Assembly: GCA_037446215.1 (NCBI GenBank)
Contig: JBBIJB010000010.1
Span: 1 to 52,740, forward strand
DNA from: Armatimonadota bacterium
GTDB lineage: Bacteria; Sysuimicrobiota; Sysuimicrobiia; Sysuimicrobiales; Humicultoraceae
Direction: 5' to 3'
DNA length: 52,740 nucleotides
The notes beneath the pieces are model-generated. The model was given only the letters and a program-made list of their open reading frames with translations, had not been told where the DNA came from and ran no database searches. Below, one piece after another: positions 16,784-26,757 of the stretch. Position 1 is the stretch's first letter; every line of letters starts with the position of its first letter. The position numbers and the translations under genes were made by a program.

Positions 16784-18886
16784 ATGACCCGACGCAGCAG
16801 CCCTGAGACAGCCACCCGCGACCGCCTGCTCGAGGCGGCGCTGGAGGTCTTTGCGAGGCTCGGCTACCACGGCGCCACCGTCGCCGACATAGTCGCGGCG
16901 TCGGGCAGCTCCAAGGGCGCCTTCTACCACTACTTCCCGAGCAAGCAGGGGATCTTCCTCGAGCTCCTCCGGAGCCTCTCAGACATGGTCGAGGCGGGTG
17001 TCGAGGGCGCCATCGCGCAGGAGAGGGGGGGGCTCGCTAAGGTAGAGGCCGCCCTGGCGGTGGTGCTCGGGGCCGTCTCCTCGCAGCGAAGCCTGGCGAG
17101 GATCCTCCTGATCGAGGCGGCGGCGCTGGGGCCGGAGTTCGAGGAGGGCAGACTGGCAATCCACCGCAGGTTCGCGGCCCTGATCAAGCGTCACCTGGAT
17201 CGAGCCGTGGCCGAGGGCGCCATCCCGGCGCAGGACACCGAGACCGCGGCAACCGCATGGATCGGTGCCGTGAACGAGATCCTGACCCAGCGGCTCGCGG
17301 CCGGTGGAGAGCTGATGCCCCTGCTGCCGCCGGTGCGCGCCCTGCTCCTCCGCAGCATCGGGGCCGGAGCAAGGGGCGACGGCGACCCCGCCCTAGCGGC
17401 CGGCGCCCGGCTGAGAGAGCGGGCGCTGGAGGCCGCGGGCAGGGCACGGGGGTTGGGGCGGCCCGTGCTGGCGTGGGTGTGCCTGCCGGTGCCAGCGGCC
17501 GATCCGGTCTTCTTGTTCGAGCGGCTGCGCTCGGCGCTCGGCGAGGCGGCGCTATGGTATCAGCCGCGGGAGCCGTTCAGCCTGGTGGCGGGAGGCAGGG
17601 CGTGGTCACCGCAGGCGGCCGGCCCGCCGAGGTTCGAGCAGGCGAGCCTGGCGTGGCGGGCACTCGCGGAGGAGTCCGTGGGAGGAGCGCCGGAGGGCTG
17701 GGGCACCGGCCCGGTGCTCTTCGGCGGCTTCGCCTTCGCTCCCGACCTCGCCCCGGGCGAGTCGCCGGCGGCCGCAAGCTGGCGCCAGTTCGGCACGGCC
17801 TCCATGGTGCTGCCGGACATCGCGGTGGCCTGCGCCGGCGACTCGAGCCTCCTGACGCTCTCCGTGCTCGTGGATGAGCAGGGGCGCGCGATGCGCGGCG
17901 GCTTCGACCTGACCACCCCTTCCGGCGCGAACGCGTGGGTCAGGAGTTGCATGGACCTCGTGGGAGGAGCTGCCGCGGAGGATCCCCAGGGTCCCAGGAG
18001 GGACTCCCAGGGAGTCGGCAGGCGCCATCGGTCCCCTTTCGCCTGCGCGGTGGAGGAGTTGCCCACAGCCAGCGCCTGGATGGAGGCCGTGGCCTCGGCG
18101 GCCCGGGCCGTGGCAGACGGCGAGCTGGAGAAGGTCGTCCTGGCGCGCGCGCTGAGGGTCCAGGGAGCGATTCCGGCCGCGGCCGAGATGCTGGGCAGGC
18201 TGGCGGCGGTCCATCCCGGATGCACCCTCTACGCGGTGAGCAGGGGGGAGGCGTGTTTCCTCGGCGCCACGCCTGAGCGGCTCGTCCGTCTGCGCCGGGG
18301 CAGGGTGAGCGCCGACGCGCTGGCCGGAAGCGCCCCGAGGGGAAGCACCCCGGAGGAGGACCGCAGGCTTGGGGAGCTGCTGCTCTCCAACCCCAAGGAT
18401 CGGCTCGAGCATGCCCTGGTGGTGGAGGAGGTACGCCGCGCGCTGATGGGGAGCTGCGACTCCGTCTCCGTCGGCGGCGAGCCGGTTCTCCTCAGGACGG
18501 CAAACGTTCAGCACCTGCACACGCCGATCGCAGGGACGCTGCGTGGGAGCCTGACGGCAGTAGACCTGGCCGGTGCCCTACACCCGACCCCTGCCGTCGG
18601 CGGGGTGCCGGTCGCGGCCGCACTGGAGTGGATCGACCGCCACGAGTCGGTGCCGCGGGGATGGTATGCCGGGCCGCTCGGGTGGGTGGACCTGAACGGA
18701 GACGGCGAGTTCGCCGTCGCCCTGCGCTGCGCCCTGGCAGGGCCCGGCGAGGCGCTGCTCTACGCGGGCTGCGGGATAATGGCGGACTCCGAACCGGAGG
18801 ACGAGTACGAGGAGTCCGCCCTCAAGCTGCGGGCGATGCTGGCCGCGATCGGCCTCGCCGGTCAAGAGAGAACGGCAGGGAAGTGA
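16784..18886 (+). CDS. menF: TetR-family DNA-binding domain fused in frame to isochorismate synthase (MenF)
   Basis: Single 700-aa stop-free ORF. Residues 1 to about 205 are TetR ([47 protein letters not shown]). Residues from about 215 to 700 are the chorismate-utilising enzyme ([51 protein letters not shown]...[19 protein letters not shown]). Confidence 0.85.
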   Translation: MTRRSSPETATRDRLLEAALEVFARLGYHGATVADIVAASGSSKGAFYHYFPSKQGIFLELLRSLSDMVEAGVEGAIAQERGGLAKVEAALAVVLGAVSSQRSLARILLIEAAALGPEFEEGRLAIHRRFAALIKRHLDRAVAEGAIPAQDTETAATAWIGAVNEILTQRLAAGGELMPLLPPVRALLLRSIGAGARGDGDPALAAGARLRERALEAAGRARGLGRPVLAWVCLPVPAADPVFLFERLRSALGEAALWYQPREPFSLVAGGRAWSPQAAGPPRFEQASLAWRALAEESVGGAPEGWGTGPVLFGGFAFAPDLAPGESPAAASWRQFGTASMVLPDIAVACAGDSSLLTLSVLVDEQGRAMRGGFDLTTPSGANAWVRSCMDLVGGAAAEDPQGPRRDSQGVGRRHRSPFACAVEELPTASAWMEAVASAARAVADGELEKVVLARALRVQGAIPAAAEMLGRLAAVHPGCTLYAVSRGEACFLGATPERLVRLRRGRVSADALAGSAPRGSTPEEDRRLGELLLSNPKDRLEHALVVEEVRRALMGSCDSVSVGGEPVLLRTANVQHLHTPIAGTLRGSLTAVDLAGALHPTPAVGGVPVAAALEWIDRHESVPRGWYAGPLGWVDLNGDGEFAVALRCALAGPGEALLYAGCGIMADSEPEDEYEESALKLRAMLAAIGLAGQERTAGK

Positions 18887-18927
18887 GATCCCCGGCGGCG
18901 CGCCGACGGGGTGAGGGGGCGGCGGTT

Positions 18928-20782
18928 GTGACGACGGCCGAGAACGCGATGTACGCCTACGTCGGTGCGCTGGTGGACGAGCTGGTGCGCTCCGGCGTGG
19001 GGGATCTCTGTCTCTGTCCCGGGTCGCGCTCGACCCCGGTGGCGATCGCCGCCGCGCGCCATCCGGGCCTCAGGGTGTGGACGCTGATCGATGAGCGCTG
19101 CGCCGGCTTCTTCGCGCTCGGCGCCGCCCGGGCGTCACGCCGCCCGGTCGCCGTGCTCTCGACCTCCGGCACCGCGGCAGCGAACTTCCTCCCCGCCGTG
19201 GTGGAAGCGCACCACGCGAGGGTCCCGCTGGTCGTGCTCACCGCGGACAGGCCGCACGAGCTTCGGGAGTGCGGGGCGCCGCAGACGATCGACCAGATAA
19301 GGCTCTTCGGCGGCCACGCGAAGTGGTTCGTGGACCTGGCACTCCCCGAGGCGACGGAGCCGGTGCTGCGCTACGCCCGGGCGGTCGCCTGCCAGGCGGC
19401 GGCGATCTCGGTCGAGGCGCCCGCCGGCCCGGTACACCTCAACGTGCCGATGCGAGAGCCGCTGGTGCCTGTGTTCGTGCCCGAACAGATCCCACCGGAA
19501 GGACTGCGCGCGCCGGATGCCTGGGACGGTCGGGGAGGCGGGCGGCCCTACTGGAGCTCGGGCGGCGCCCGGAAGGTGGCCGAAGGCCCTACCGTCGCGG
19601 CACTGGCCCAGCAGCTCTCCGGCGCGGACCGCTGCCTGATCGCCTGCGGGCCCGGCGACGACCCGGAGCTGCCCGAAGCCGTGTGCAGGCTGGCGGCGCT
19701 CCTAGGGATCCCCGTGCTGGCAGACCCCCTCTCGCAGGTACGCTGCGGCCCTCACGACCGCGGGGTTGTGATAGATGCCTACGACCCGCTCCTGCGGGTC
19801 GGCAGGGCGGCCAAGGCGCTGGCACCCGATCTCGTGATCCGCTTCGGTGCGATGCCCGCGTCGAGGCCCCTGGTGCAGTACCTGGCGACCCATGCCGCCA
19901 CGGTTCCCACGGTCGTGGTCGACGAGGGAGGCGGGTACCGCGATCCCTCCCGCCTGGCGTCGCAGTTCATCGGCGCATCGCCGGCGGAGCTGTGCAGGCA
20001 GGTGGCTGCCCGGCTCTCCGACTCCGACAGGGAGGGGCCGGCCAAGAGGCGCTCCGCGGGAGCGCCGCGCAGGTGGCTTCGCACGTGGCGGAGGCTCGGC
20101 GCGCTGGCCCGCAGGGCCGTCGACGACCGTCTGGCATCGCTCGACGAGATGTTCGAGGGCAAGGTCTTCGCCGAGCTCTCGCGGTTGCTGCCTGATCAGG
20201 CGGTCCTCTACGTGGGCAACAGCATGCCGGTGCGCGACCTGGACACCTTCTTCGCGAGCACTTCCGAGCGGATCCGCTTCATGGGCAACCGCGGCGCCAG
20301 CGGCATAGACGGGCTGACCTCCAGCGCCTTGGGTGTTGCCGCCATGGGGGCGGCCGGGGCCGGGCCGGCCCCGCCCGTGGTGCTGGTGCTCGGCGACCTC
20401 TCCTTCTACCACGACATGAACGGGCTGCTTGCCGCGAAGCTCCACGACCTCAGCGCGACCATCGTGCTGATCAACAACGACGGCGGCGGCATCTTCTCGT
20501 TCCTACCCCAGGCCGGCTATCCGGAGCACTTCGAGGCCCTGTTTGGGACACCGCACGGACTCGAGTTCGCAGCGGCGGCGAAGCTCTACGGGGCGAGGTT
20601 CGAGCGCGCCGCGTCTTGGGCCGAGTTCCGGGCCGGGATCGAGCGCGGCATTGCTGTCGATCGTCGAGGTGAGGACCGATCGGGGGCGAAACGTCGAACT
20701 CCACCACGAGATCTGGGGAGCCGTGGAGCGCGCCCTGGGCACCGAAGCGCCCCGGGCCGCGCGCGGAAAGGGCCGCGGGTAG
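18928..20782 (+). pseudogene. menD: SEPHCHC synthase (MenD), interrupted by an apparent 1-nt frameshift near 20640-20655
   Basis: GTG 8 nt after GAGGGGG. ThDP enzyme motifs [31 protein letters not shown] and INNDGGGIF. The conserved C-terminus [29 protein letters not shown] plus stop (20780-20782) lies in the +1 frame relative to the body. Confidence 0.8.
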
Positions 20783-20812
20783 GCGGCGCCGGGGAGGCGG
20801 GATCGGAGTCCG

Positions 20813-21631
20813 ATGGCGCGGGTAGAGGTCAACGGCGTGCACCTGAACGTCGAGAGCGCAGGGGAGGGGTCGCCGCTGGTCCTGCTGCACGGCTTCACGG
20901 GCAGCACCGCGACCTGGGCTCCGCACATCGACGAGTTCGCCCGCTCCCACCGGGTCATCGCGATCGACAGCCTCGGCCACGGCCTCTCCGACTCGCCGGA
21001 CGACCCTGCTCGGTACGGCATAGGGTTTGCGTCCGAGGACCTCATCGCCGTGCTCGACCTGCTTGGAGTCGGAAAGGCCGCGCTGCTCGGCTACTCGATG
21101 GGAGGCCGCGTGGCCCTCTCCGTCGCGATCGTCGCCCCGGAGCGGCTGTCGGCGCTGGTAGTCGAGAGCGCCTCACCGGGCCTGCCGGACGGGGAGGCTC
21201 GCCGGGCGCGGGCCGACAGCGACGCCCAGCTGGCGAGCGAGATAGAGCAGGAGGGCGTGGAGGCGTTCATCGCCAGGTGGGAGCGCCTGCCCCTCTTCTC
21301 CAGCCAGTCCGGCCTCTCGGCGGAGGCGAGGGCGACGCTGCGGGACCAGCGCCTCGGCAACAGCGCAAAGGGCCTGGCCGGCAGCCTGCGCGGCCTGGGC
21401 CAGGGAAGCCAGCCGCCGCTGCACGACCATCTCCCCACGGTGCAGGCGCCGACACTCTTCATCGCCGGGGAGCTCGACCCCGGGTACTGCCGGATGGGAC
21501 GAGAGGTCTGCGGCCTGATACCGCGCTCCAGGCTCGCCGTTGTGCCCGGTGCAGGGCACGCGGTGCACCTGGAGCAGCCGGAGTCGTTCCGCGGGCTCGT
21601 ACTCGAATTCCTCAGAGAGGTGAACCGTTGA
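20813..21631 (+). CDS. menH: Alpha/beta hydrolase, SHCHC synthase (MenH)-like
   Basis: [10 protein letters not shown], nucleophile elbow [10 protein letters not shown], and C-terminal [11 protein letters not shown]. Its position between menD and menB supports the call. The stop overlaps the menB ATG. Confidence 0.8.
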   Translation: MARVEVNGVHLNVESAGEGSPLVLLHGFTGSTATWAPHIDEFARSHRVIAIDSLGHGLSDSPDDPARYGIGFASEDLIAVLDLLGVGKAALLGYSMGGRVALSVAIVAPERLSALVVESASPGLPDGEARRARADSDAQLASEIEQEGVEAFIARWERLPLFSSQSGLSAEARATLRDQRLGNSAKGLAGSLRGLGQGSQPPLHDHLPTVQAPTLFIAGELDPGYCRMGREVCGLIPRSRLAVVPGAGHAVHLEQPESFRGLVLEFLREVNR

Positions 21632-22449
21632 TGCCAATCAAGTGGAAGCAGGCGAAGAAGTACACCGACATCATCTACCAGCGCGCCGAGGGAATAGCCA
21701 AGATCACGATCAACCGGCCCGAGGTCCGAAACGCCTTCCGGCCCGAGACCGTGATCGAGCTGATCGATGCCTTCGCCCACGCCCGCGACGACGCGTCGAT
21801 AGGGGTGGTTCTCTTCACGGGGGCCGGGGACAAGGCGTTCTGCTCGGGCGGCGACCAGCGCGTCCGCGGCGGCGCCGGCTATGTCGGCAAGGACAGGATA
21901 CCGCGGCTGAACGTGCTGGACCTCCAGCGCCAGATCCGCACCCTGCCCAAGCCGGTGATCGCGGTGGTGGCCGGATACGCGATAGGAGGCGGCAACGTGC
22001 TCGCGACCGTCTGCGACCTCACGATCGCCGCCGACAACGCGGTGTTCGGCCAGACCGGCCCGAAGGTGGGCAGCTTCGACGCGGGCTACGGCTCCACGTA
22101 CCTGGCGCGGATCGTGGGCCACAAGAAGGCGCGCGAGATCTGGTATCTCTGCCGCCAGTACTCGGCCGCGGAGGCGCTGGAGATGGGGCTGGTCAACGCG
22201 GTCGTGCCGCTTGACCGCCTGGAGGAGGAGGCGGTCCGGTGGGCCAGGGAGCTCCTGGACAAGAGCCCGATGGCGCTGCGCCTGCTGAAGGCCGCGTTCA
22301 ACGCCGACACCGACGGGCTGGCCGGCTTGGTACAGCTGGGCGGCGACGCCACCCTGCTGTACTACCACACCGAGGAGGCGCAGGAAGGTCGCAACGCCTA
22401 CCTCCAGAAGCGAAAGCCCGACTTCAAGAAGTTCACCCGGTACCCGTAG
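21631..22449 (+). CDS. menB: 1,4-dihydroxy-2-naphthoyl-CoA synthase (MenB)
   Basis: Crotonase-fold protein with a highly conserved MenB sequence ([28 protein letters not shown]...[11 protein letters not shown]...[16 protein letters not shown]...[17 protein letters not shown]). Confidence 0.95.
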   Translation: MPIKWKQAKKYTDIIYQRAEGIAKITINRPEVRNAFRPETVIELIDAFAHARDDASIGVVLFTGAGDKAFCSGGDQRVRGGAGYVGKDRIPRLNVLDLQRQIRTLPKPVIAVVAGYAIGGGNVLATVCDLTIAADNAVFGQTGPKVGSFDAGYGSTYLARIVGHKKAREIWYLCRQYSAAEALEMGLVNAVVPLDRLEEEAVRWARELLDKSPMALRLLKAAFNADTDGLAGLVQLGGDATLLYYHTEEAQEGRNAYLQKRKPDFKKFTRYP

Positions 22450-22454
22450 CCCCG

Positions 22455-23363
22455 ATGCCGGCTTCCCACAGCGTGTCGCGGCGGGCCGCCTGGCTGATGG
22501 CGGCGCGCATTCCCACGCTGCCCGCGGCGGTGGCACCCGTCCTGGTCGGGACGGCGGCGGCGGCCGGCGACGGAGTCTTCCTGCTCCTGCCGGCCCTGGC
22601 GGCGCTGGCGGCCGCAATCCTCATCCAGATCGGCACGAACCTTCACAACGATGCCGCCGACTTCGTGCGCGGGGCCGACACCGCGGAGAGGCGCGGGCCG
22701 CGGCGCGCCGCGCAGAGCGGGCTGCTGACGCCGCGCCAGGTGCTTGCCGGCGCCTACTCGTGCCTTGCGCTCGCAGCGGCATGCGGGCTCTATCTCGTCT
22801 TCCTGAGGGGCTGGCCGCTGCTCCTGGCCGGTGCCCTCTCCCTGGCCGCGGCGGTGGGGTACACTTCCGGGCCGTGGCCGCTCGGATACAAGGGTCTTGG
22901 CGAGCTCTTCGTATTCCTGTTCTTCGGGGTGGTCGCCGTGGTCGGGAGCGACTACGTGCAGACCGGGGCGGTGCGGGCCGTCGCCCTGGCGGCTTCCGTG
23001 CCGGTGGGAGCGCTGTCCACCGCCATACTCCTACTCAACAACCTGCGAGACATCGATACCGACAGGGTAGCGGGCAAGCGGACCCTGGCCGTGCGGCTCG
23101 GACGCGTGGCGACGCGCATGCAGTACCTCGGCTGCCTCGCCGCGGCCGTGGTCGCACCGGCGGCGATGCGCGCTGCCGGCCTGCTGGGGCCGCTGTTCTG
23201 GCTGCCGTGGATCACGCTGCCGATGATGGCCGGGCTTGCCCGCACGGTGCTGCGTGAGGACCAGGCGCCGGCGCTCATCCGGGCGCTGAAGCGGACCGCG
23301 CTCCTGCTGCTCGTCTACGGCGCACTCCTGGCGGCGGCCCTCCTGGCAGGGACGCACCGGTGA
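22455..23363 (+). CDS. menA: 1,4-dihydroxy-2-naphthoate polyprenyltransferase (MenA)
   Basis: UbiA-family polytopic protein. NLHNDAADFVRGAD and NNLRDIDTDRVAGKRTLAVRLG are the two Asp-rich prenyltransferase motifs. ATG at 22455 lies 5 nt after the menB stop. Confidence 0.9.
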   Translation: MPASHSVSRRAAWLMAARIPTLPAAVAPVLVGTAAAAGDGVFLLLPALAALAAAILIQIGTNLHNDAADFVRGADTAERRGPRRAAQSGLLTPRQVLAGAYSCLALAAACGLYLVFLRGWPLLLAGALSLAAAVGYTSGPWPLGYKGLGELFVFLFFGVVAVVGSDYVQTGAVRAVALAASVPVGALSTAILLLNNLRDIDTDRVAGKRTLAVRLGRVATRMQYLGCLAAAVVAPAAMRAAGLLGPLFWLPWITLPMMAGLARTVLREDQAPALIRALKRTALLLLVYGALLAAALLAGTHR

Positions 23364-25684
23364 AAGGCGGCCAGGAGCCCTCCACTCGCATCGCCGGGCT
23401 GCCGGAGTGGGTCCTGGGCGCGGGCGGGTCGCCCCAAGGGCCGGACTGGCTCTCGCAGCGCGCTGCCGCCAATCCCGACGGCCTCGCGCTTCTCTGTGGG
23501 GCGGACCGTCTCACCTTCGGCGACCTGGACCTCCTGGCAAGTGGTGCCGCCCGGGAGCTAGCATCGCTGGGCGCCGGCCCAGGATCAAGGGTCGCGCTCC
23601 TCCTGCGCAGGGGGATCGCATTCACCGCGACGATGCACGCGCTCACCCGACTGGGCGCCCTGATGGTGCCCATGAACGGCCGCCTTGCGGTGGGCGAGCT
23701 CGCCTGGCGGCTGCGTGACTCCCGCGCCGAGCTCCTCCTTCACGACGGGGCTTTCGCCGATGCGGCGGCGACCGCTGCCGCCGGCGTGGAGGGACTACGC
23801 CTCGCGCGGGCGCCGTCGGGATCGGGGAGCCCCTCGGGCGAGGGCCCTCCAGCGGCCGGGTTCGATCTCGAGGCGCCGCAGTGCCTGATCCATACCTCGG
23901 CAACGACCGGCAGGCCCAAGGGCGTGCTGCTGACCTACGGCAACCACTGGTGGAACGCGATCGGATCCGCGCTGAACCTGGGGGTCAGCAGGGAGGACCG
24001 GTGGCTCGCGCCGCTCCCTCTCTATCATGTCGGAGGGCTGGCGATCCTCTGGCGCAGCGTCATCTACGGCATCCCGGCGGTGGTTCACGAAGCCTTCGAT
24101 CCAGAAGCCGCGAACCGCGAGATCGACCAGGGCGGGATCACGATCGTCTCGGTGGTGAGCACGATGCTCCGGCGTATGCTGGATGCGCGAGGCCCTCGCC
24201 CCTATCCGGATACGCTGCGCTGCGTCTTGCTCGGAGGGGGGCCGGCGCCCAGGGGGCTGATCGAGGAGTGCCTCGAGCGTGGTGTCCCGGTGGCATGCAC
24301 CTACGGCCTGACCGAGGCGGCCTCGCAGGTCGCCACCCTGCCGCCCTCCGAGCTCCGAGCCAAGCTCGGGTCAGCCGGGCGCCCGCTGCCGCCGTTCGAG
24401 ATCCGCATCGAGGCGCCTGATGGGGGAGGGGATTGCGAGGCCGGATCGGCCGGCGAGATCCTCGTCCGCGGCCCGGCAGTGATGCTCGGATACGCGGGCC
24501 GCCCCGAGGCGAGCGCACAGGCCCTACGCGACGGATGGCTGCACACCGGGGACCTCGGCTACCTCGACGGCGACGGCTACCTGTACGTCCTCGACAGGCG
24601 CGAAGACCTGATAGTCTCCGGCGGCGAGAACGTCTACCCTGCCGAGGTCGAGGCGGTGCTGCTGGAGCACCCCCTCGTGGAGGAGGCGTGCGTCGTTGGG
24701 ATCTCGGACGACGAGTGGGGGCAGAGGGTGGTCGCTGCGGTCCGGCCCCGTCCCGGGCCGCGGCCGGACATCGAGGAGTTGAGGAGGTTCTGCGCACGGC
24801 GGATAGCGGGCTATAAGCTCCCGAGCCGGCTGATCCTGACCGGCGAGATCCCCAGGACGCCGTCCGGCAAGATCAAGAGGTCCGAGGTTCGGCGTCGCGT
24901 CGAGCGAGCGGGCGCGCAAGGGTCGTCGGGTGCCCCCACGGCCGAGCACCTCCTGCCCGGCGGTCTCGTGCCGGAGAGGCGGAGTTGGGTACGCGAGGCG
25001 TTCCACAGCATATCCGGAACCTACGACCTGCTGAACCACCTGCTGAGCGGGGGCATGCACGTCCTCTGGAAGGCCGCCGCAGTCCGCGAGGCCGGCCTCA
25101 GGCCGGGCGGGGTCGGGCTGGACGTCTGCTGCGGGACCGCCGACCTCCTGATCCCGATGGCCCGCGCCGCCGGACCGGGCGGCCGGGCGCTGGGCGTGGA
25201 CTTCGCAGCGGGCATGCTCGAGGTGGCCGGGCGGCGGGTCGGTGAAGCGAGGCGCCGTACGCCGGGCCTTGCCGCCGTGGGGCTTGCCTGCGGAGACGCC
25301 GAGTCGCTGCCGGTCTGCGACGGCTCGGTCGATGCTGTGACCTTCGCCTTCGGGCTGCGCAACGTGGCCAGGCCCGAGACCGCGCTGCGCGAGGCGTTCC
25401 GGGTCCTGAGGCCGGGCGGCCGCCTGGTCGTTCTCGAGTTCGGCCACCCCGGCTCCAGGGTGATCCGCGCCGCGTACGACTTCTACTCGCAGGCCATCGT
25501 CCCGCGCCTAGGTGGCCTGATCTCGGGCCGTCGCGACGTCTACCGGTACCTCCACGACTCGATCCGCAGGTGGCCGGATGCGGCGGCGCTCGCCCGGTCG
25601 ATCGGCGAGGCCGGGTTCGCGACGGTCCGCTACAGGCCGATCTTCGGCGGGATCGCCGTCCTTCACGTGGCCGAGAAGGCCTAG
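23360..25684 (+). CDS. menE: o-Succinylbenzoate-CoA ligase (MenE) fused in frame to demethylmenaquinone methyltransferase (MenG/UbiE)
   Basis: Single 774-aa ORF; its GTG overlaps the menA stop (GTGA). Adenylation motifs IHTSATTGRPKGV, YGLTEA, TGDLGYLDGDGYLY and PSGKIKR run to about aa 515. A roughly 25-aa linker follows. The UbiE/MenG domain then shows VREAFHSISGTYDLLNHLLSGGMHVLWK, LDVCCGTADL, FGLRNV and LRPGGRLVVLEF. Confidence 0.85.
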   Translation: MKGGQEPSTRIAGLPEWVLGAGGSPQGPDWLSQRAAANPDGLALLCGADRLTFGDLDLLASGAARELASLGAGPGSRVALLLRRGIAFTATMHALTRLGALMVPMNGRLAVGELAWRLRDSRAELLLHDGAFADAAATAAAGVEGLRLARAPSGSGSPSGEGPPAAGFDLEAPQCLIHTSATTGRPKGVLLTYGNHWWNAIGSALNLGVSREDRWLAPLPLYHVGGLAILWRSVIYGIPAVVHEAFDPEAANREIDQGGITIVSVVSTMLRRMLDARGPRPYPDTLRCVLLGGGPAPRGLIEECLERGVPVACTYGLTEAASQVATLPPSELRAKLGSAGRPLPPFEIRIEAPDGGGDCEAGSAGEILVRGPAVMLGYAGRPEASAQALRDGWLHTGDLGYLDGDGYLYVLDRREDLIVSGGENVYPAEVEAVLLEHPLVEEACVVGISDDEWGQRVVAAVRPRPGPRPDIEELRRFCARRIAGYKLPSRLILTGEIPRTPSGKIKRSEVRRRVERAGAQGSSGAPTAEHLLPGGLVPERRSWVREAFHSISGTYDLLNHLLSGGMHVLWKAAAVREAGLRPGGVGLDVCCGTADLLIPMARAAGPGGRALGVDFAAGMLEVAGRRVGEARRRTPGLAAVGLACGDAESLPVCDGSVDAVTFAFGLRNVARPETALREAFRVLRPGGRLVVLEFGHPGSRVIRAAYDFYSQAIVPRLGGLISGRRDVYRYLHDSIRRWPDAAALARSIGEAGFATVRYRPIFGGIAVLHVAEKA

Positions 25685-26757
25685 TGGGGCGGTAGGGTGC
25701 TGCGCAACCACTGCATGACCGCCCACGTCATCCCCCGCACGTACTCCTCCGCCTGCCGAACCGAGCGAGGGTCGTCGTCGGCGAGATCGGCCGTGTAGAA
25801 GAAGCGGTCGTTGTAGAGGCGCTGCGAGATCTCCACCACGTAGTGCTGGGTGCCGAAGGAAGCATGGAACCAGTTGGACGCCTGGCCCATCGGCGCCAGC
25901 AGCGCCGTCGCGGGCGTCCGGCAGACCGCTGGGTCGAAGATCGCCGATCCAGGCTGGCAGAAACCGCCTGCCGATCTGGCCTCCATGATCCAGCCGGCGA
26001 TCCTCTGCGAGGCGCCTTGAAGGCGCGCGTGCTCGGCCGGAGGGGCAACGGGATCCTCCGGTCGGCCGGAGGACCACGGCCGCATCACCTGGCTGTTGGG
26101 GTAGGGGTTCCCGGCGTGGAAGTCGATCCCGAACCTGGGCCGCACCTCCAGCGCCAGGTCGCGCACTGCGCGCGCCTCGGGCTCGGAGAACGGCGCGCCT
26201 CCCCTGTAGTAGGAGGAGGCCGGATCCACGCATGCCGCCTGGTAGATCTCGCAGCGCTCCCATCTGAAGTCGTAGTTCCGGTTGAGGTCGACTCCGGGCG
26301 CGTCGCCGTTCTTCCGCCGGTTCCTGTCGTACCCCCAGGGGTTCTGGACCGGCACCACCCATACCTGATGGGAGTTGACGAGCGCCGCGACCTCCCCAGA
26401 GGAGCCGTGCGCGCTCACGAGCCCTTCAATCAGCGCGTACGCCACCCTAACCCCGAGGGGCTCACGGCCGTGGATCACGCCGACAAAGATCCATGAGGGC
26501 TCGTCTTCCTCGACCGCCGGGTTGTCGGATACCTTGGCCGCGAGGATCGGCCTGCCGTCAGCGCTCCTTCCGATCTCACGGACGTGGACTACTTCGGGGC
26601 TGCTCTGCTGCAGGTGGCGAAGGCGTACGGCGATCTGGTCGTAGGTGGGATAGTAGGCCTCCCGGATGGGCGGCGAGCCGGACGCGGCCGTGCCTCCCGC
26701 GAGCAGGAGGCAGGCAGCGGCTATCCACAGGCGGAGAGGCCTCTCGCCAGGGGTCAC
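25681..26757 (-). CDS. M14-family zinc carboxypeptidase, secreted
   Basis: Signal peptide LWIAAACLLLAGGTAASG. Zinc motif FVGVIHGREPLG (HxxE) and later FHAGNPY fit M14. It overlaps the convergent menE::menG 3' end by 4 nt. Confidence 0.8.
   Translation of the reverse strand: MTPGERPLRLWIAAACLLLAGGTAASGSPPIREAYYPTYDQIAVRLRHLQQSSPEVVHVREIGRSADGRPILAAKVSDNPAVEEDEPSWIFVGVIHGREPLGVRVAYALIEGLVSAHGSSGEVAALVNSHQVWVVPVQNPWGYDRNRRKNGDAPGVDLNRNYDFRWERCEIYQAACVDPASSYYRGGAPFSEPEARAVRDLALEVRPRFGIDFHAGNPYPNSQVMRPWSSGRPEDPVAPPAEHARLQGASQRIAGWIMEARSAGGFCQPGSAIFDPAVCRTPATALLAPMGQASNWFHASFGTQHYVVEISQRLYNDRFFYTADLADDDPRSVRQAEEYVRGMTWAVMQWLRSTLPPH

Noticed and set aside
18628-22449. A 1273-aa ORF that looks like a giant MenD-MenB fusion protein.
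   Set aside because: It is a composite. It runs from a spurious upstream extension over the menF 3' end, through the MenD body, then through about 1 kb of Arg/Pro/Gly-rich nonsense read across menH in the wrong frame, and into menB, which happens to share frame 1. The real MenD C-terminus and stop are in the +1 frame, and menH is a clean ORF in its own frame. The absence of stops is expected at this GC content.
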